DNA of 54,998 nucleotides, filler included, from Perkinsus olseni (Eukaryota): NCBI GenBank assembly GCA_013115125.1. It is 2 parts of 2 records of this genome, joined end to end, with 100 filler letters (N's around TTAATTAATTAA, not from the genome) between each part and the next. Parts side by side here need not be neighbours in the genome. Positions count along the whole stretch, not along the records: positions 27,557 to 54,998 come from JABANN010000466.1; 1 more part is not named here. One strand, 5' to 3'. Shown piece by piece: positions 49,668 to 54,998 of this stretch (position 1 is its first letter; each line of letters starts with the position of its first letter). The notes under the pieces were generated by a model. It saw only the letters and a program-made list of their open reading frames with translations, ran no database searches and was not told where the DNA came from. The position numbers and the translations under genes were made by a program.

Positions 49668-51805
49668 ATGTCTTCCAGCGCCCCCGAGTCGTCGGTGGCT
49701 GATGCTAACAACGCACCGGGCGAAAGCTCCTCAGCACCGCTCGCTGTCGACACTGCTGCTACCGATGCAACACCTGCTGAGAGTAAGGCGACGGAGCCGG
49801 AGATGGGCATCAACCAGGTACTAGGATGGGAGGTGCCTGTTGGGTTCAGGGTTTGTAATGAGCATCGCCTTAGGAATCTGGTACTGCTTCTGCTGAGGCC
49901 CAGCCTACTCCTGAGGATGGCAAACAGAGAGAAGTGAGCGGAACTGAATCGACTGTTGATGGCACTGCCGGAGGGGAGAAGAGGGGTCGTGAGGAGGGCG
50001 CTGTGGAAGCTACAACGCCTACTGAAGAGCCTCCTACTAAGAAGACTGCGACCGAGGGAGGAGAAAAAACGCAGAAAACAGGAGAGGCGCTCAAGAGGGA
50101 TGCTACTGAGGTGCAAGGCTCTACCGCCGAGACCACTCCGGATACTCACGCCCAGCTTGAGACTAACGCCACCGGTAGGAGTAACCTCCAGGGCGAAAGC
50201 TGCTCATAGTCCGAAGTGACCGGTTATCGTATCGTGTCTTCAGAAGGTAAAGCAGTTACCGCCACACCGCCTTCCAGTGCTGATGCTGCCCGCACTCCGT
50301 CTCCGGCCGCCGCTGTGGCCTCTGTTGAATCTGCTGGCCGGCCCATTGGTCCTGCACCATTTCCAGCTGGCGTCGACGCCCACCACTGGGGACCTGATGC
50401 CGGACCGTTCCGTCATACTGTGAAAGTTCCGCAGCACTGTGTGGCACAGATCATCGGTAGGGGTGGGGCAAACTTGATGAGTACTCGGAACACCACTCGC
50501 TGCCACATCGAGGTGAGGCCGCTCCATACTTTGGCCAATGATCAAGGAACGGGCTTCCATTTCAGTGTGACCAGCATACGAAGGACAGTGGGTATTCTCT
50601 ATTCCATATCGATGCCGAGAACGAACAGGACCTCCAGGTAGGAATAGTCAGAATCGCGCTGCTTTGCTCGTGGACGAGGTGTCTGTTAGCGCGGCATCCG
50701 AGCTATTGAGCGCCAAACAAAGCCGATGCATCCTCTGGAGGGCGAGATACAGCAGGTCGTGATTGTGCCGGATGAGCGGGTTGGCGATATCCTAGGACCA
50801 CGGGGATGCGTGGTCAAGGTGAGATCAGCGTGACTCTGTGTCGATGAGCTACTGACGATGGTCTTGTAGGTCATATCGGACCGCACCGGCTGCAGGATTG
50901 ACATACAGCAACGGGGCCTTCAGCGTGGGGAACCGCGAGAGTGCCGCGTTGTCGGCACGGCCGAAGAGGTCCAGGCCGGTATGCAAATGGTGGAGGGCAT
51001 CCGGGACGGCAGCGTCGATGTCAAGGCGATCATTCGAGACTTCGAGGTGGCCAACCCCGCGTTCAGGCGTGAGCAGGAGCTCCGCTCGGCTGGCGGGTGG
51101 ATGTCTGGCGGGAAGGGCGGCAGCATGTGGGATAGTCCGTATGGTATGAGAGGTATGATGCCCCAGCCTGCTTATGGTATGCCTGGCATGGATCCTTGGT
51201 CTCACCTCTTGCCCGCGTCGGGACCCATCGATAGAGCCGTTGTTGACGTACCCTCTGATTGCGCTGGGCTTGTTATCGGCCGTGGTGGGGAGAACATTAA
51301 GGGCATGCAAGCTGACTGTAGCCTGTCAGAATGCCAGCTTGAAAAAAGTGTGGATCAGAGGACTCCTCGTAAAATGACTCTGCAGGGGCCGGCAACGGGA
51401 GTTCAGGCAGCTCTTATGCAATTATCGACGAAGACCAATGGAAGGATCGTCACCATCGTGCAACAACAGTACCCAAACTATCAGCCACAACAGCAGCAGC
51501 AGCAGCCTATGATGCAACAACAGGCTCATCAAGGGCCGATGATGCAGCAGCAGGGATACAATAATAATACCGGAATGCCGCCTCCGTCACAACAAGGATA
51601 CGGTATGTCACCAGTTGGTCAGGGCATGATGCAAGGTGGTGGTGGTGGTGGAATGGACCCAATGGCTCAATACTATTCTCAATGGGCTGCATATCAACAG
51701 CAGATGAATGTCAGCAACCAGCAAAATGCCGCTGCTTGGAGGAACTACTATGCTTCAGTGGGAAATCAGAATCCCCAGACTCCTCCCTACCGAGGTGGTC
51801 AATAA
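49668..51805 (+). CDS. KH-domain RNA-binding protein, paralog 2 (tandem duplicate)
   Basis: Same three KH motifs, similar intron positions and the same Q/Y-rich tail as 46979-49016. Confidence 0.88.
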
Positions 51806-52830
51806 CAACGCCGGTGTTTTTCCTCCTATGAACTTGAACGTATGATGATGCTTTGACCTCGGTCAAGAGGGTAAGTCTGCTGTGAGTTAGCATCCTATAA
51901 AATTGAAGGTGATCGCGGCGATTAGTTGAGGTCTGCTCTTTGGTGCTCCCGTCCCTAAGGGTGGTACGGTTCAATCACTCAGTTGCTGCTCTTGAGAGGA
52001 TTCCTACAGTCGCGCTCTGCGTTCTTGTCGGGTTCCGTCGCGGGCTGACTTCCTCTGTATTATCAAGTTGGCACACCGTCCCTCATGGTTCCTCGCCGCT
52101 CTGCGTTACATCGAGTTTCGCGATCTTTCGCCTTCAGATCAGATGCTATTGCACGACTATGAGGCCTCATGTAAGCCGTCGTCCGTCTCAGCTTGCTTTG
52201 ACTATGTTTGTCGCGACTAAGGTTGCGGGATAGAATTCTTGCATGAGTAAGCGGGACGGTTCTTAGATGACCCATCGTTCGTTGGCCTTGTAGGATATGC
52301 TCCCTGGAGTCGTCGCTGCTTATTATCGGCATCTCATTGCGTTTCTTTGCGGGATGCGGCTTCCAGTGATTCGGGTCAAGTCATGCGACTTACGTACCGT
52401 TGACGACTGTTCTACTCGACTCGCGCCTCTTTTCGCTGGTGGCCTTCAGGGTAAGGGTCCCCCTTGCTAGCTCTCTCCTATGAGGAATACCTAACCTCTG
52501 TTCAGATCGCCGAAGACAAGCGAGGAACTGAACGAGATCCCCAAAGTTGATCGAGCCGACGCTATGATATATATAAGGCTTTTGCCAAATTCGCCTGCTT
52601 CGCTTTGTTTACTGTGGTTGCGTTATGAATCGGAATTTCTCCTCGAGCTGAATGGTGAACAACTTCCATGTGTGATTGAACCACCCTGGCGGGGTCGCTG
52701 AGCTCGCAACCGTCGCTAGCTTCGTAGTTCCCTTGTCGAGCCTTCTGAGTTGTTCAAGCTCTGCATATCGGCATTCTGTTCATTGGGAGGATTAATGATG
52801 ACTCAGCAGTTTTTCCGGATTCGTCCATCC

Positions 52831-54218
52831 ATGTTGTCCACCTTGGTCCACCGCGGTGCTGCTGCCGTACCGCTTTCGAGCATGGCCGCCCGAGCTTTTT
52901 CCTCTACTGCTCGCGTGTGGGTCGACAAGAACACGAAGGTTATCTGCCAGGTGGAGCGACTAACACTGTCGAAGGGTATGTTTGCATGGCTGCTCTCTGT
53001 CGCTCAGGGCCTCACTGGAAAGCAAGGAACGTTCCATACTGCTCAAGCAATCGAGTACGGCACCAAAATGGTGGGCGGTGTGAATCCGAAGAAGGCTGGA
53101 ACCACTCACAACGTCGGAGGGAAGGTGGGCTCTGTATTATCCGGGGATCTTGTGGAGCGGCCATCGCAGGACTTACCGATCTTCGCCAACGTCATGGAGG
53201 CACGTCAAGCTACCGGGGCGGATGCTACCGTCGTTTATGTGCCGCCACCAGGAGCCGCATCGGCTTGCTTGGAAGCTATAGAGGTAATGAAGCACCTGCG
53301 TCGCTTAGGAGCCTTTGGAGCACTTGTTTCCCTCTCAGGCGGAGATTCCGCTCTTGGTGTGCATCACGGAAGGCATTCCCCAACACGATATGGTCAAGGT
53401 GAGATTTTCCCCCGCACAACCTTCCTTGACTGTGTGTCTGCTTAGGTGAAGGCCGCTTTGAAAATGGCAGGGGGCAAGACTCGTCTAATCGGCCCTAACT
53501 GCCCGGGCATAATCAAGCCCGGTGAATGCAAGATCGGTATCATGCCTGGCTACATTCACAAGAAAGGAAAGATCGGAGTCGTATCAAGGTATCGTCTTCG
53601 GCCTTGGAAGTTGCTTGTGCAGCTTCACGTGAGATTAATCATGTTGCTCTCTTTTAGGTCGGGGACTCTGACCTACGAAGCCGTAAATCAAACAACTGAA
53701 GTCGGTTTGGGTCAAAGCACTGTCGTTGGCATTGGTGGTGATCCTTTCAATGGCACCAACTTCATCGACTGCTTAGAGAGGTTCGTGCAGGATCCTCAAA
53801 CCGAAGGTATGTGCGTCTGATGTTCATCTATCTCGCGATCACTCAGGATGCTTTCCGATATATTTCCGCAGGCATAATTCTCATCGGCGAAATCGGAGGA
53901 GCCGCCGAGGAGGAAGCCGCTGAATGGCTCAAGCAGCACAACAAGGAGAACAAACCGGTTGTTTCGTTCATCGCGGGAGTAACTGCACCTCCGGGCCGCA
54001 GGTGGGTTGCCGTATAGCTCTTTCACGGTATACATCATGCTGCATTTCGTCTCAGAATGGGACACGCGGGCGCTATCATCTCCGGGGGTAAGGGCACAGC
54101 TGCTACGAAGATTGCCGCGCTGGAAGATTGTGGAGCAAGTGTGGTTCGTTCGCCAGCCGACCTGGGTGTGAGGATGCTGGAGATGTACAAGCAGCGCTAT
54201 CCTGACCGCTCTGTATGA
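52831..54218 (+). CDS. SUCLG1: Succinyl-CoA synthetase alpha subunit, mitochondrial
   Basis: Transit-peptide-like start; [62 protein letters not shown] (phospho-His). Confidence 0.97.
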
Positions 54219-54924
54219 GTTTTGAACGCAGCGGCGCTTACATTCATCTTCAATGCTTCTAATAACATTGTGTTCTGTGTAGTACGCTGAGCAAGATCAT
54301 CATTTTTACGAAGTGCAGTAGTGTCTTTGCAGACTCGGGGTTGAATCGAGAGAGTTGGGTTTTGAGTTGTGACTAGCAATGGCCAGCTTGTGTTAAAAGG
54401 GGAGCGAGCTGCGATCGCCGGCAGAGGCTCGTATAGGGCGTCACCCTCTGCAGGAAGGAGAGCACTACAGTGGCGGGCCATGCTGTCAGCTCGGTCGAGC
54501 CGCTCCGTGGGGAAGGTCTGAAAGGCTGCGATTGCCGGTCTGCTATGCATGTTCCCTCTTCGTTGCATTTAGTGGAAGCAATTGACGCATGCCACTCATC
54601 GGAAGCCTCGCGCTAACATTTCGCACGCGGTCCCAATCCGGAAGTAGTACCCCCCGGATGGGCCTCCTTGGCAATTGGTTGAATCGTTACCAAACGCCTA
54701 GGTCGAATACGCAGTCGTGCGTCCGGTGATCAGTCAGTCGATTCACGACTTCCTAGACAGCGAATCCCAACCCTGTGTATACCTGGAACAACTAGAGAAG
54801 TGCGTTTCTCGACATTCGGCGGTAGGTCATGAAGGGGATTGTTAAGTGTGCCCTGAAGGCACTGCCCTCAGTGAGATCGCGTCCTTCGATCCGAGGCCAT
54901 ACATGGAGATTGGCACTAACTACA

Positions 54925-54998
54925 TTTGGAAAGCACATGTGCTTGGAGGTACAGTTCGAGCCGGAGTCGTTACCTCACCTTGCTCGTCCCCTATTTTG
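54925..54998 (+). repeat. Dispersed repeat, copy 2, running off the window end
   Basis: Identical to 31166-31239. Confidence 0.92.

Noticed and set aside
1-54998. Spliced-leader RNA gene or relic SL sequence (ACCGTAGCCATC...)
   Set aside because: Not found by eye; a formal search would be needed to exclude degenerate copies.

Overview
Eukaryotic, gene-dense DNA with many short (about 40-60 nt) GT-AG introns, most consistent with a Perkinsus-like alveolate (inference from gene structure and content; no taxonomic marker gene is present). The window is two unrelated-looking contigs joined at 27457-27556 by an artificial 100-nt linker (44 N + TTAATTAATTAA + 44 N). Left half: a GDP-fucose-type nucleotide-sugar transporter, a J-domain protein, a USP deubiquitinase, a PDZ-like/zinc-finger protein, a C10 (C12orf57)-like protein, a sterol 24-C-methyltransferase, CDC73, hypothetical genes and a RanBP2-zinc-finger polyQ gene; both contig ends break inside (CAA)n polyQ repeats. 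Right half: an intronless BT1 folate/biopterin transporter, a structured dispersed repeat, a roughly 10.6 kb spliced hybrid NRPS-PKS gene (A-T-KS-AT-KR-DH-ER-T-FSH1), RPN5, two tandem KH-domain paralogs sharing an apparent gene-conversion tract, and the succinyl-CoA synthetase alpha subunit. The most interesting object is the single-module NRPS-PKS. Its reductive domains are in a non-canonical order, it ends in an FSH1 hydrolase, and its adenylation domain looks like the betaine/DMSP-activating type, suggesting a one-enzyme route to a chain-extended zwitterion (hypothesis). Exon boundaries were read by eye and are approximate.
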